A stretch of 64,000 bases of DNA from Eledone cirrhosa (lineage: Eukaryota): the NCBI GenBank assembly GCA_964016885.1, contig OZ024741.1, forward strand, positions 399,156,001 to 399,220,000, in the 5' to 3' direction. How positions within the stretch are numbered: the first letter of the stretch is position 1; every line of letters starts with the position of its first letter. Below are positions 12,545 through 25,415 of the stretch, piece after piece. Made by a program: the position numbers and the translations under genes. Under the pieces are notes generated by a model that was not told where the DNA came from, ran no database searches, and saw only the letters and a program-made list of their open reading frames with translations.

Positions 12545-15500
12545 TGTTTCTTTTTATTTGCCACCAGGGCATCAAAAAGTGGGACAAGTACAATGGGGGG
12601 AGTTTACATAACAAGGCGTCCTCAATAAGGAGGAGGCAATAACAAAATATAAAAATAAAATAAAATATAACAAAATAAAATTTATAACAAAATCCTCAAT
12701 AGAGAGGAGGCGCCTTGGGGGGTCGCACACACCCCCGAAAAAAGTGTGCAACCCCTTCTCCTCAGGAGCAGAGAGAGAGGGTGCTCCCTCGTTCCTTCCT
12801 CTTCTCCACCTACAGGCTTATGTAAAGAGAAGGCCCATTCACACGGGCCATTCTCGCCACTTTCACCCACCTTTCATAAAAACGACTGGGGTGGAGCACC
12901 TCTCTCTCCATCTTCGTCGCACACGCATCTGGGACAGATCTTTTTGGCGGGGTCCCTACCCGGGCGCCCGTGTCTGTAGAGCTTTTCTCGAACGGGTAGA
13001 GCCCCTCGGTAGCACTGCCAGGCCAGGGACTTCTGGAAGTTGTCCATAGGTCCCGGGCTGAATGTCCTACCGAACAGGCTGGCCAGTTCGTCTTCCTCCA
13101 TGTCTAGGGCTTCTCCGAGGGCGTCGTCGCCCCTGCTGCGTACCAGCCCTCTATAGAATGCAGCGGTGGAGTCTCCACTGATAACCGGATCCGCGTGCCA
13201 GAGGGCGGTGAGCGCCTGGGCACACTCAGTGTGCCAGGCGCCCAGTTTTCTCGGTCTTTGCTTAACCCAGGATTGCAGCTCGGTGAGTGAGACGAGTCTG
13301 GGAAAGGTTCGTCTCACAAACGAGGCCCACACCGGTTGACCGGTGAGGAATACGTGGAGGTGCCGTAGCCTTAATGCGTGTTTACGCATCATTAGCCACG
13401 GCATCCCCAGCCCTCCTTTCGAAGGGTGTTGACAGTAGATGGATCTCCTCACCAAGGGAGCCCGCCTCTTCCAAAGGAATTGGAAGAGCGCGCGCTCCAT
13501 CTTGGCGAGGGTTTCCCTTGGGCAAGGCACGACGGTCAGGCGGTAGTAGATGACATACGCTATATAGGTGTTCGCCACCTCCGCCCGACCTTTCAGGGAT
13601 AGTTTGCAACTGGCCCACTTCTGGGTCAGTGCAAACACCCTGTTCGTAACCTCCGCCCAGTTCTTCTCCACCTGAAGGTCTGGTCCGAACCAGACCCCGA
13701 GCAACTTCACCGGGCCCTCCGTCCAGCGTCCGACGACGCCATCAGAGGGCATTGGTTTGCCCCTCCACGTGCCGAGTTGCAAACCGATCGACTTGTCCCG
13801 GTTCAGCTTAGCCCCTGTGAACATTTCGTACTCCTGCAGTAAGGTGCCGACCGCCCCGATTTCGGAGGCCGTCGACACCATTACTGTCACGTCATCGGCG
13901 CAGGCCGACACCGCTTTCCGCAATCCCGCTTCCAAAGGGATGCCCTGCAACAACTCCAGCTTCCGCAGTAGTGGCTCGAGAGTCAACACATACAGAAGGG
14001 AGGAGAGAGGGCACCCTTGTCGGGTGGACCACGCGATTTTGAACGGCTCCGAGAGGTAGCCGTTCACCTTGACCCTAGAGCAGATGCGGCTGCTGTGCAT
14101 AGCAGTGATCCAGCCCCTGAAAACGGGTCCGAAGCCTGCCGCCGCTAGCACCGCATCTAGGTAACCATGGTCGACCCTATCGAACGCCTTAGATTGATCC
14201 AAGTTGATCAGAGCCCCACCAAAGCCGGGTTCGTTCCCAACCCTCTCTATGATGTATCGCATGAGGTGGAGGTTGTCATGGATGGACCTGGACGGGATAG
14301 CAAATGTCTGCGCATCTCCCACCAGGTTGCCCACGACAAGCGCCAACCTCTTTGCTAGCACCTTGGCCAAAATCTGTAACTCTGTATTTAGCAGAGTTAT
14401 GGGCCTGAAGTTACTTATTTCGCCCCCCTTGTTCTCGTCCTTCCTCACTAGCGTGACTACGCCCTTGGTCACAGTACAGGGAATTCTCCCGTTCTATTGC
14501 CAGTTGCAGTAGACCGCCGCGAGGAGATCGGGGAACAAGTCCGGCATAGCTAGATATAATTCGTATGGAAGACCATCGAGACCCGTGGATTTGCGTTTGC
14601 CGCATTGGCTCAGCACGTCCTCTATCTCAGCGTCCGAAATCGGCTCCTCGCAGGACTTCGCCTCCCTGTCCGAGAGACGCGGCAGGCCGTCGAGGTACGG
14701 ACCGAAGTGTACATCCCCAACCGGCTCCCCGCCCCTTCCGAACAGTCGGGCAAAGTGCCTTTGAAAGGCCTCACACATCTGCTTAGGCTCAAGGATCGCC
14801 CGTCCATCCTGGTCTCGCAAAGACCGGATGGTGGATTTAGTTCCACTCTTGGCCTCTGTCACGCGGGCCCAGCTAACAGCTTTGGTCCCCTCGTTCCCTA
14901 GAGCACGTATTTTACTTCGGACAACGCAGCCTTCGTGCTTCACGTCGAAAAACTGGCTCAAAGCCGTTCTCGACGCTAGCACTCTGGCCACGTCGCCGCT
15001 TCTAATTGCCTCTTGTACTCTATATATTAGCTCCCTTTCCTTCCTATTCCTATCCGCAGCTAGAACCTTACTAAATTCTATCGAGACTACTCTAATCTCT
15101 CTCTTTAGAGATACCCACCACCTGCTGTTGACGATCGCTCCAGTCAACCGTTCCTTAACTAACGTACTAATCCGATCCCTGTAAGCTCTACTTGCCGGCA
15201 AGGACAAGTTGAGCTTCCAGTAACCGGGGCCCTGTCTATGCGTTCTATCAAGGTTGACCATGAAGGTCACCAAATTCTGGTCTGAATAGCCAACCATGAG
15301 CATTTCTGGACAACTTAAAAAATCCCTGTCCTTATTTCTAAATAAAAACCTATCTAGGTACGACCTAGATGATCCGCTGCGATTTGACCAAGACCAGGTT
15401 GGCACCGTCGGAAAATCTAGTCGAAATCTATCGGCCAGGTCAAATCGGCCGAGTAACCCCTTGAGGCTGTTGCACCCCTCTCTATCGGGACATGCCCCTG

Positions 15501-16965
15501 CATAGTCCCAACGTGCATCCAGGATACCATTCCAATCCCCCACTAAAAGCAGGGAACGGGACGTCCCTAGAAAAGACTCCAGACGCTGGAAAAAGTCGGG
15601 CCGCTCTGTTCCGAAAGGGGCATATGCGGCTACCAGCCTAAAGGCTCCACCTTCACCACTGCCAGTGAACTATCTGTGTGGCAAGACCCAGATGTTTTTG
15701 CAGCAGAACGACAACCCCACCCCCACCTCCGGGCTGACAGAGAGATGCGTGCATCTCAAAGTCGTCAAAGGTGGGGGCTAGCTGTCGCATGCTGCTGATC
15801 CGGGCCTCGCAGATAACCATCACATTTATAGATCGTGACCTGAGGTCATTTAGAAGCATTGCTTGCTTCCAAGATGAGCCCAGGCCACGCGCATTTAGAC
15901 ACCCTACTCTTAGCACAGCCATGTTGGTGGTAAGGAGAAAAGGCACTTACCTCTCTGCGTCCTGGGAAACGGGCCGCTCAATTTCCATGTTGGTTGGGGA
16001 TGGGTTGTTGGGTGGAGTGGTGGTTTGTGGAAGTGAAGGGGCATCAATGTGTTGTGGGGTTGGGGCATTTGTGTTTGAGTGGGTGTCTGAGTGGGGGTGG
16101 GGGTGAATTTTTTTAGGAGGACGCAGTTGATTGGCTTGGCGCAGGGGGGGGGGGGGGGGGGGGGGGCACGTCCTCCGTGAAATTTATTTTCAATGTTTTA
16201 TAAAAGTTCATTGGGACTTTAATCATTTTTAAATGAGGTAGTCCCACAGCAGTTATAAAGTTAGGCCCTTCAGTTTGGACCGAAGGGTTTGATGAAATTG
16301 TTTTCAGTAGTTCTTTGTTGTCTGTGTTCATGTATGTATATTGTAAGGTCTTTTTTTGTGTAGCAGTTAGTGTTGTGTGACGGGGAGGGGTGGTTTGTAT
16401 ATAGTTTGTGTTCTCTTGGGGAGGGTTAATGTTAACAAGTGTGTCTGTGGTCGCCTCCTCTTCTTTCTTTTTACTGTTTGGAAGGGATCTTTTTCGTCTT
16501 GCGACGAAAGGGGTTCGTCTTCCTTGTTGGGTGGGAGGGGTATGTTTTCTGGTAGTGTTTGTGGTGTGTGTGTTTTTGTATTTGTTTTGGGTAAGGAGGG
16601 GTTGGGTGGGACAGTATTCTGTGTTGTTTTTTCACGTGTTTGTTGTTGTTGTGGTGGTGGTGGTGGTGGTGGTGGTGTTGGTTTTTGTTGTTGTTGTTGT
16701 TGTGGTTGTTTTTGTTGTTGTTGTTGTTGGGTGGTGTTGGTGTTGGTAGCAGTGTTTTTTTCTGTGTGAGCTGGGGACAGGCAGCCCTCAGGTGACCTCT
16801 ATTGCCACAGAGGTAACAGGAGGGACGCCTACCCTCCACAATAATGTTGAGGTGGGTACGGTCATTCAGCATGACGCGCTCAGGGATTTGGGCGATACGT
16901 TCTGGCCTTATTTGTGTCAGAACTTCGATACTCGTTCCACTGAACGCGTCGCCGGGTGCCTTCCC
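12545..16965 (-). mobile_element. Tx1-type (L1 clade) non-LTR retrotransposon A, 5'-truncated within ORF1, decayed
   Basis: ORF1 zinc knuckle CYLCGNRGHLRAAC; ORF2 APE endonuclease (LNARGL, GDWN, SYLDRF), RT (NFRPITLLN, DQSKAFDRV, RQGCPLS, CADD) and C-terminal CPRC; frameshifts and stops. Confidence 0.93.
12810..15922 (-). pseudogene. ORF2 (APE endonuclease + reverse transcriptase) of LINE A, disrupted
   Basis: Pieces 15653-15922, 14494-15543 and 12874-14472. YADD is mutated to CADD, and there is a deletion after CPRC relative to LINE B. Confidence 0.9.
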
Positions 16966-17220
16966 TAGACAGATAGATAGATAGATTTCTTTATTAGCCA
17001 CAAGGGCGCAACAAGAAAAGGGGACAATACAAAGACATGCCGGGGATTTTACATACAGTCGTGTAAAAAATATAAAAACAAACAATTACAACAATCGAAA
17101 TCCCCAATAGAGGGGAAGCGCCACAAATGGGTTGTTTAATACCCCGTTGATAGAACAACCCTCAACTTCAGGAGCGTGTTGTGCATGTGTTCCTTTCTTC
17201 CTTTTGCTCTCTTCTTCAAC

Positions 17221-20200
17221 CTACAGGCTTATAAACAGAGAAGGCCCAATCACACGGGCCATTTTCGCTTCATTCACCCACCTTTCAGTAAATTTACTGG
17301 GGTGCAGTGCCTCTCTCTCCACTCTGATTCTCCTTCTAAAGTGATACTTAAAGAAGGGAATCAATTGTTGTCCGGAGAGAAAGGCATCTGTCCTCAGTCC
17401 TCTCAATCTCGTCCACCATATAACTTCTTTCACCATAACCACCGTACAGAGGAAAACCGCCTCTCTTTCGTTTTTGAAAGAGGCTGGTGGTTTGATCCTT
17501 ACTATGGACTCGGCAGTCAACTGGATTTGTCCCATACGCAACAGCAGTTGTTCTGCATAGTTCCACAGGTCGCTTACACCTTGGCAGTGTTCAATCGCGT
17601 GCAGGACTGTTTCAATGTCCTGCGCGCATCTTGGACACGTCCTCTTGGAAGGATCCCTGCCAGGCATCCGTGCCTGTAGATCTTGTCACGAACCGGTAGA
17701 GCTCCTCGGTAGCACTGCCAGGCCAGGGATCTCTGGAAGTTGTCCATAGATCCCGGCCGGAAAGTCCTACCAAACAGACTGGTGAGCTCATCGTCGTCGA
17801 CGCCTAGAGTCTCTCCGAGCATGTCGTCGCCCTTGTAACGTACAATCCCTCTATAGAATGTTGAAGTGGAGTCTCCACTGATTGCTGCGCCCGCTTGCCA
17901 GACGACTGTGAGTGCCTGAGCGCATTCAATGTGCCAGGCGCCCATCGTTTTCGGTCTTTTCTTGAACCAGGACTGCACCTCCGTCAGCGAGACGAGCTGT
18001 GGGAAAGCCTGTCTCACAAACGGTGCCCACACCGGTTGGGGGTCGGTGAAGAATACCTGGAGATACCGCAGCCTCAGCGCATCATCAGCCACGGCATTCC
18101 CAGCCCTCCGTTGGAAGGGTGCTGACAGCAGACGGATCTCCTCACCAGCGGAGCCTGCTTCTTCCACAGAAATTGGAAGAGCATGCGTTCCATCTTGGCG
18201 AAGTGTTCACGGGGACAAGGCACGTCAGTCAAGCGTTAGTAGATGACGGACGCTATGAAAGATTTCGCCACCTCTGCTCGACCTTTCAAGGGACAGTTTG
18301 CACTCTGCCCACTTCTTGGTGAGTGCAAACACCTTGGCCGTGACCTCGTTCCAGTTTTTCTCCACTTGGAGGTTTGGACCGAACCAGACCCCGAGCAATT
18401 TCACCGGTCCGTCCGTCTAGCGTCCAACGACGCTGTCGGACGTCATCCGTTTGCCTCTCCACGTACCGAGTTGCAAACCGACAGACTTGTCCGGGTTTAG
18501 TTTTGCTCCCGTCAGCGTTTCGCATTCTTTCAGTAAGTTGCCGATCATCCCGATTTCCGAGGTGCTCGACACCATTACCGTCAAGTCGTCGGCATAAGCC
18601 GACGCCGCTTTGCGCAGTCCCGGTTCTAGAGGGATGCTCTGCAACAGCTCCAATTTCGGCCGTAGTGGCTCTAGAGTCAATACATACAGAATGGAGGCGA
18701 GAGGGCACCCCTGTCGAATGCAACGCGTGATTGCGAATGGCTCCGATAAGTAGCCGTTCACCTTGACCCTCGAGCAAATGCTGGTGTGCATCGCCTCGAT
18801 CCAGCCTCTGAAAACGGGACCGAAACCGGCCGCCTTGAGAACCGCTTCCAACTATCGATGGTCGACCCTATCGAAGGCTTTAGACTGATCCAAATTGATT
18901 AGAGCCCCACCGAAGCCGGGTTTACTACCCATCCTCTCTATGATGTATCGCATGAGGTGGAGGTTGTCGTGTATGGACCTGGTCGGGATTGCATACGTTT
19001 GCGCTTTCCCTACCAGGCCCTCGACGACAAGCGCCAACCTCATCGCTAGCACCTTGGCCAAAATCTTTAACTCTGTGTTGAGAAGAGTTATGGGCCTGAA
19101 GTTGTTAATTTCGTCCCCCTTGTTCTCGTCTTTCCTGATCAGCGTTACTACGCCCTTGCCTGCAGAACTTGGAATTCTCCCGTTCTGCTGCCAATTGCAG
19201 TAGACGGCTTCGAGGACGCCAGAGAACAAGACCGGCATGCCTATGTAAAACTCATAGGGTAGACCATCTATGCCGGGTGACTTGCGTTTCCCGCAGCGGC
19301 CCAGAGCGTCAAGTATCTCAGTGTCCGTGATCGGTCTATCGCAGAACTCGGCGTCTGTGTTCGAGAGACGCGGCAGGCCGTCGAGGTATGAACTAAAGTC
19401 CATTGCCTCGTTCGACTCACCGTCGTTCTGCTCAAACAGTCGCGCAAAGTGCTACTGAAAGGCCGTGCACATTTGCTTGGGTGTCATGTAGCACGCGTCC
19501 GTTTTGGTCTTTCAAAGACCGAATCGTGGACTTGTTGCTACTTTTCGCCTCCGCCACTCGGGCCCAGCTGACAGCTTTCGCTCCTTCGTTTCCTAGAGCA
19601 CGTGTTTTGCTTCTGACCACGCAGCCTTCGTGTTTCGCATCGAAGAACTGGTCCAGTGCCGTTCTCGACGCTAACACTATAGCCGCGTTGCCACTTCTAA
19701 GTGCCTCCTCTACCTTGGCTACTAGTTCTCTTTCTATTTTTGTTTTTCTCTAAGGCTAACTCTCTGCTAAACCCTATCGATTCTATTCTAATTGCTTTCT
19801 TGAGAGAGTACCACCATCTATTGTTGACGATGGCTCCCGTTAACTGTTGCTTGACTAGTCTACTTATCCGTTCACTGTAAGCTTTACGTGCCGGCAACGA
19901 CACGTTCAGATTCCAGTATACGAGTCCTTGTCTATGTATTCTATCACGGTTGACTAAGCAGACGACTAATTTGTGATCTGAATAGGTAAACATGTGCATT
20001 CGTGGACAGCTTAACATCTCCTTGTTCCTTTCTCTAATGAATAACCTATCTAAATACGATCTAGATGTCCCACTGCGGTTTGCCCACGTCCACTGTGGTG
20101 CAGTCGGGAAATCCAGTCGATACCTATCGGCCAGTTGGAATTGGCCGATTAAAGTTTTGAGGCTGTTTCACCCCCCTCTACTGGGACATGCTCCCACATA

Positions 20201-20649
20201 GTCCCATCGTGCATCTAGGATACCATTCCAGTCCCCCACTAAAAGTAAGGAGCGAGACGTTCCCAGAAAAAACTCTAGACGCTTAAAGAAGTCTGGCCGT
20301 GGTTGCCATTGCCCGGTCGGGGCATAAACGGCCACCAGTCTGAAGGCTCCACCTCCAATACTGTTCACGTCTAGGACTACCAGTCTACCCTCCGGGTCCA
20401 AGTGTACTTGCTGTACTTCGACGTCCAGGTTCTTCCAGCCACTCCCCCTCCACCTCCTGGCTGACAGAGAGCTGCGTAGATCTCAAAGTCGTCGAAGATG
20501 GGGGTTAGTTGCTGCCTGTTTTGGATCCTGGACTCGGTGATGGCTATCACATCCATACCGTGTGATCTAAGGTCGTTTAAAAGTTGGCCCTGTTTCCAGA
20601 GCATCCCTAGGCCACGCACATTCACGCTTCCAGCTCGTAAACTAGCCAT
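17221..20649 (-). pseudogene. ORF2 (APE + RT + C-terminal CCHC-type motif) of LINE B, multiply frameshifted
   Basis: SVNVRGL, LVAVYAP, VGDWN, SDH, SPGIDGLP, RQGCPL, AYADD, CPRC..ETVLHAIEHC. Confidence 0.9.
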
Positions 20650-20690
20650 GTTGGTGAAGAAGAGCTGGAGAAAAAGGACGAACGGTGCAC

Positions 20691-22556
20691 TTACCTTTTC
20701 GTTTCCTGGAGATCGGGTTGTTCAATCTCCATTTGGGTGCTGGATGGGGTGTTGGGTGGGGTGGGAAACATTTTAACATGATGCGGTTGATGGGTTTCTT
20801 GCAGGGGTTGCCCACGTCCTGTGAAAATTTATTTTTCAGGTCATTATAAGTTTCCATAGAAACCCTTATAAGTTTAAGGAGTGGAGACGATTCTGCCTTG
20901 ACGAAAGTTTTGCCCTCCGTCTCCACCTTGGGGTTTGGGGAGATGACCTCCATCAAACTCTTGTTGTTTGTGTTGATGTATGCATATTGTTGTTTGTATT
21001 TTTGTTGTGTTGTTTTAGTTTGTTGTTCGTCTGGGAGTTTTCTTTTTATGGTGGGTGCTTGTGTTTGGGGTGGTGTTGGTTTTGCTGGTAGGGGGATGTT
21101 TGACTGTGGTGTTGTTTGTGTTTTTCTTTGTGTCTGTGGTTGTGTATTGGTATTGGTGATTGGAGTTTTGGGGGTTTTGTGGTGTCTCTTTTTTTGTTTT
21201 TTAGATTTCCTCGGCTCTCCCTCTTCTTCACTTAAAGAAGGAGAAGCAGCTTCATCCGGCGATGAATAATCATCGTCAGGAGTGTGATGTAGAGGTATGT
21301 TGTGTGGTGGTGGTGTTTCGGTGTGTGATAGTGTTTGATGGAGTAGGATGGGGTGGGGTTGTGTTCTTCAGGAGTGTTGTCTCTGTTTTTTCTGTTGTTG
21401 TTGGTTGAGTGGCTGTTTGTTATGGTGTGGTTGCTCGTTTCGTCTGTCGTTGTACTTGTGGTGGTGGTAGGTGTTTTGGTGTTGGTGTTGGTAATAGTTT
21501 TTTTTAATGATGTTGTGGTGTGTTTGTGAAGGACAGGAGGCTTTTAGGTGTGCTGTGCTACCACAGCGAAAGCAATGAAATTTTCGTCCTTCTACCGAAA
21601 TGTTTATTTTGTTGTTGTCGTCGATGACGACTCTTTCGAGTATTTTGGAGATTCTCTCCGGCCTTATTTGCAACAGAATCTCCAAATCAGTACCCGCCCA
21701 CCTTTGTCGAATAGACTTTCGTATCGAAAGAATCATATCAGTTTCTGGCTTTACGAAGCCAGCCAAGATCCACCAGATGTTAATGTTTGACGGTATATAT
21801 ATATTTTTTTTTTTGTGTCCTTTTTCCAATGTATGTAGGGAAAAAAGGTGAATACTTTTGACACTATTTGTTGCACTGAATGTTTTGTGGCGAGTGCCTC
21901 GCTTTTAAACAGTACGGAAACACTTCCGTACTGTCTTCCTCGTTGGAGAAATTCGATATTTGCTAGAATTTCCTTCAAGGTTTCTTCTATATCTCCTTGA
22001 CTAACAATATCGTATTGGATACAGTCCTAAAGGTCACTGTCCTTCTAACTGTGTCTTCTTTTATTTCAAGGGATGAGTTAATTCTAAACCCACCCTTCTC
22101 TTCGAAAGTTACAAATTTTCTCCCTTGCTGGAGCATATCTCTTGCATTGGAGATGTCAAGATTTATAAAATCTTGTTTTTTGTTCACTGTTTCAGCGAAA
22201 GACATTTTTTTGTGTGGTGTTGCTGTTGTTGTTGTTGTTGTTGTTATCGTTGTTAGTCCCGGTGTTGGAAATCTTAGTTCCTTGACGAGGTGAAACTTTA
22301 TGTGCAGATGTATCTGTGGAGTTTTTTATGTTTTTTTCATGTGTATGTATGTTAATGAGTTTAATTCCTGTGTTTTCATTTTTCTCTGCTTTGACGGTAG
22401 AAATTGTACAATCTTCAAGTGGTATTTTTTCTCTTTGTTGACAGTCGTATCTATGGCGACGTCCATAGTAGCAGAAACAGATATAACGTTAATATCTGCT
22501 TCTTTCTCTCTCTTTTCTCTGTCGACGTTCTCTAGCATTCTTTCCGTGTTATTCAT
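20691..22556 (-). pseudogene. ORF1 (RRM-like region + zinc knuckle) of LINE B, frameshifted
   Basis: MSFAETV, RRTVTFR, IEFLQRGRQYGSVSVLF, CFRCGSTAHLKASC, then a low-complexity linker and a C-terminal block shared with LINE A. Confidence 0.8.
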
Positions 22557-22757
22557 GTTTTATAGTTGGCAAAATTTGATATTTTAAAACAATTTTTAAA
22601 TTAAATTTTCGCCCCTAAAGGGGCGAAAAATGGGATTACCACCCAGCTGACAATTCAGCTTGGAGGTTAATCTACAAAATAATGTTTTTTCAAACAATTT
22701 GTTCTGTTTTTCGTATATAAATTTACAAAAAATCTTACCGGCGATGTTTTACGCGTC

Positions 22758-22818
<61 letters not shown>

Positions 22819-23224
22819 GAGGGAGAGAGAGAGAGAGAGAGAGAGAGAAATAGATAGATAGGTCAGAGGGAGGTGGAAGAGAGACCGAGGGCTTGAGAGA
22901 GAAATATAAAAACTGATGCGATTGTTGAATAATGGAGTAAAAATGCGAAAAGTTGAACTATAATTTTGTTAGTAAATTGTAAATTATTAAGCAATCATTG
23001 GTATTTCTTGTACGTCGATATTAATCAAAGTTATTGTGTGCAGATTACAGCAAAATCATTTCTATATGTTTCCATGTTTATTTACTTGTCCACATGTTTT
23101 TTGTGTTTTATTAGTTAAGATATGTTGATAACAAATTGAAAATGTTTTCTATAATATCAGGTTTCCGTTAGATAATTTTAACGACCCTGGTTAGGCTAAA
23201 TAAAGAATTGGATTTTAAAATAGA

Positions 23225-23457
23225 ATTTTTTATTATTTTTTTATTTTTTATTTTTTATTTTTTATTTTTTATTTTTTATTTTTTATTTTTTATTTTTTAT
23301 TTTTTATTTTTTATTTTTTATTTTTTATTTTTTATTTTTTATTTTTTATTTTTTATTTATTTTTTATTTTTTATTTTTTATTTTTTATTTTTTATTTTTT
23401 ATTTTTTATTTTTTATTTTTTATTTTTTATTTTTTATTTTTTATTTTTTATTTTTTG
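23225..23457. repeat. (TTTTTTA)n heptamer repeat
   Basis: Direct reading. Confidence 0.9.
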
Positions 23458-23503
23458 CAAATCAGTTCTTTTTAGATTGAATATGTATGTATATATGTGT
23501 GTG

Positions 23504-23608
<105 letters not shown>

Positions 23609-24062
23609 ATATAGATATATACAGATATATGTATGGATGTATGAATATATATATATATATATATAACAAGGAAACACAACTACATCTCACCCCCACCCCC
23701 TCCATCTCTCCCTCCCTTTCTCTCTCTCTCTCCGTCTACCTCTATCTCTAACCTGTAGTTAACAACAAACCTTATCATCTAATTTAAAAGACCAGGCATC
23801 ATCCTACCATGTACACGTCACGATATACGCTACAGTCTTATTTAATTCACATTTTAGAACTCATTTCAAACAATATTTTACTTAATAATATTCATGGAAT
23901 CCAATAAAACCTATTGTTTTGCAATGTTACATATAAACAAATACATGTAATTTAAACTTTCTTTCTTGTTTGTCACTGCATTTATAACCGCGTGATTAAG
24001 AATATTTCGTGTCATCTTTTGTGAGTTCATATTCAGCAATTCTTAGTTAATGATGTGTATAT

Positions 24063-24128
<66 letters not shown>

Positions 24129-24348
24129 AAATATTAATAAATGGAAACTATATTTATAAAACGATATTTATTTTATTATACATATTTCAAGGGCAACCAA
24201 GGCAAATTATGGTGCGCTTTCATCAGATAAAATACAGATTTGTTTTATAAATAAATATTGACATACCCGGAAAAAAGACAACCTTAACGGTTGGAGCTTC
24301 CTGAAAATGTTTAAGCTTGTTGAATCCCAACAAATTAAATATAACCTC

Positions 24349-24407
<59 letters not shown>

Positions 24408-24694
24408 AATAACAAGTTATCGTTATAGGTAATCTAGTGAGAGGTTATGAGTACTCCGCGTCGTGGATAGTTTTAACGTACTGCTTTGTTTGATTCAACA
24501 AGATGTTTCCATAGTTATGCAGCGAGATCGCGGTAATTTCTATGCAGGCTATACTTGGAGTAATAATAGTTAAAGAAAGAAGAGTAACATAGTTGGCTGT
24601 ACAATAAGGGCTTTATTTAAATAAAGCCCTTATTGTACAGCCAACCATGTTAATCTTCTTTCTTTAACTATATATATATATATGTGTGTGTGTA

Positions 24695-24885
24695 AAAGGT
24701 ACAGTATATGAAAGGTATATATTAGGTTAACGCTTGATATAGCAGGAAGAGGGTCTCAACGTTTCGGACGCTAGTCCTTCATCAGAAGAAGGAGAAATAG
24801 GATCGATTGAGGGGACGAGTGGGTTGGAATTGGAAAAAATGTCTTTAGATAAAAATAACAGGTCCATTCATGTTGACATCTCTTC
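24695..24885 (-). mobile_element. Solo ~220-bp hammerhead-bearing PLE terminal repeat; same family at 62090-62310 (+), partial or related copies at 12140-12200, 41440-41490, 42760-43015, 60394-60490 (-)
   Basis: High similarity between 24695-24885 (reverse complement) and 62090-62310; both end in CA/TA microsatellite. Confidence 0.7.
24754..24790 (-). ncRNA. Minimal type I hammerhead ribozyme
   Basis: Reverse complement: ttctt-CTGATGA-aGGAC tagc GTCC-GAAAC GTT-gaga; canonical core with palindromic AACGTT stem III. Confidence 0.8.
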
Positions 24886-25219
24886 GTTGGATTTTCTAAT
24901 TGGATTTTCACCCCGAAACTGGATACCAACCCGGAGTACACCTAAACTTCCACCAGGAAATCTTTCGTATCATTGAAATTTTCTTTGCTTCTTATATATA
25001 TATATATATAAATGTAAGTCCAAAGAATCATTAGATAAAATATATACAGTATTTCCTCTCCCAATCAGTATAAATTAACCACACAAAAAATCATTTAAAC
25101 GAGGCTATAAGTTTAAAATGTACTTATGAAGAAATAATAGAGAAATGATACAGATTATTTTCCGCGATGTACAGCCATATGACACTTATCTAATATATCT
25201 TCTAGCCTGTAGAAATTGA

Positions 25220-25289
<70 letters not shown>

Positions 25290-25415
25290 TTTTTTATATG
25301 AAATCGTGTGTCGAAACAAATATTGTTATACACAACAAACATATCAAAAGAAGTAAATAATTTATTATTGAACAAAACATAAGCTGAACGACTAAAACAC
25401 ACAATAACAGTTAAT

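Larger units (their letters stand above)
16987..22670 (-). mobile_element. Tx1-type LINE B, near full length, decayed; related to but distinct from A
   Basis: 5' UTR, ORF1 and ORF2 fragments all present; 3' end GCCCTTGTGGCTAATAAAGAAATC followed by (TATC)n. The 5' boundary is approximate. Confidence 0.93.
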
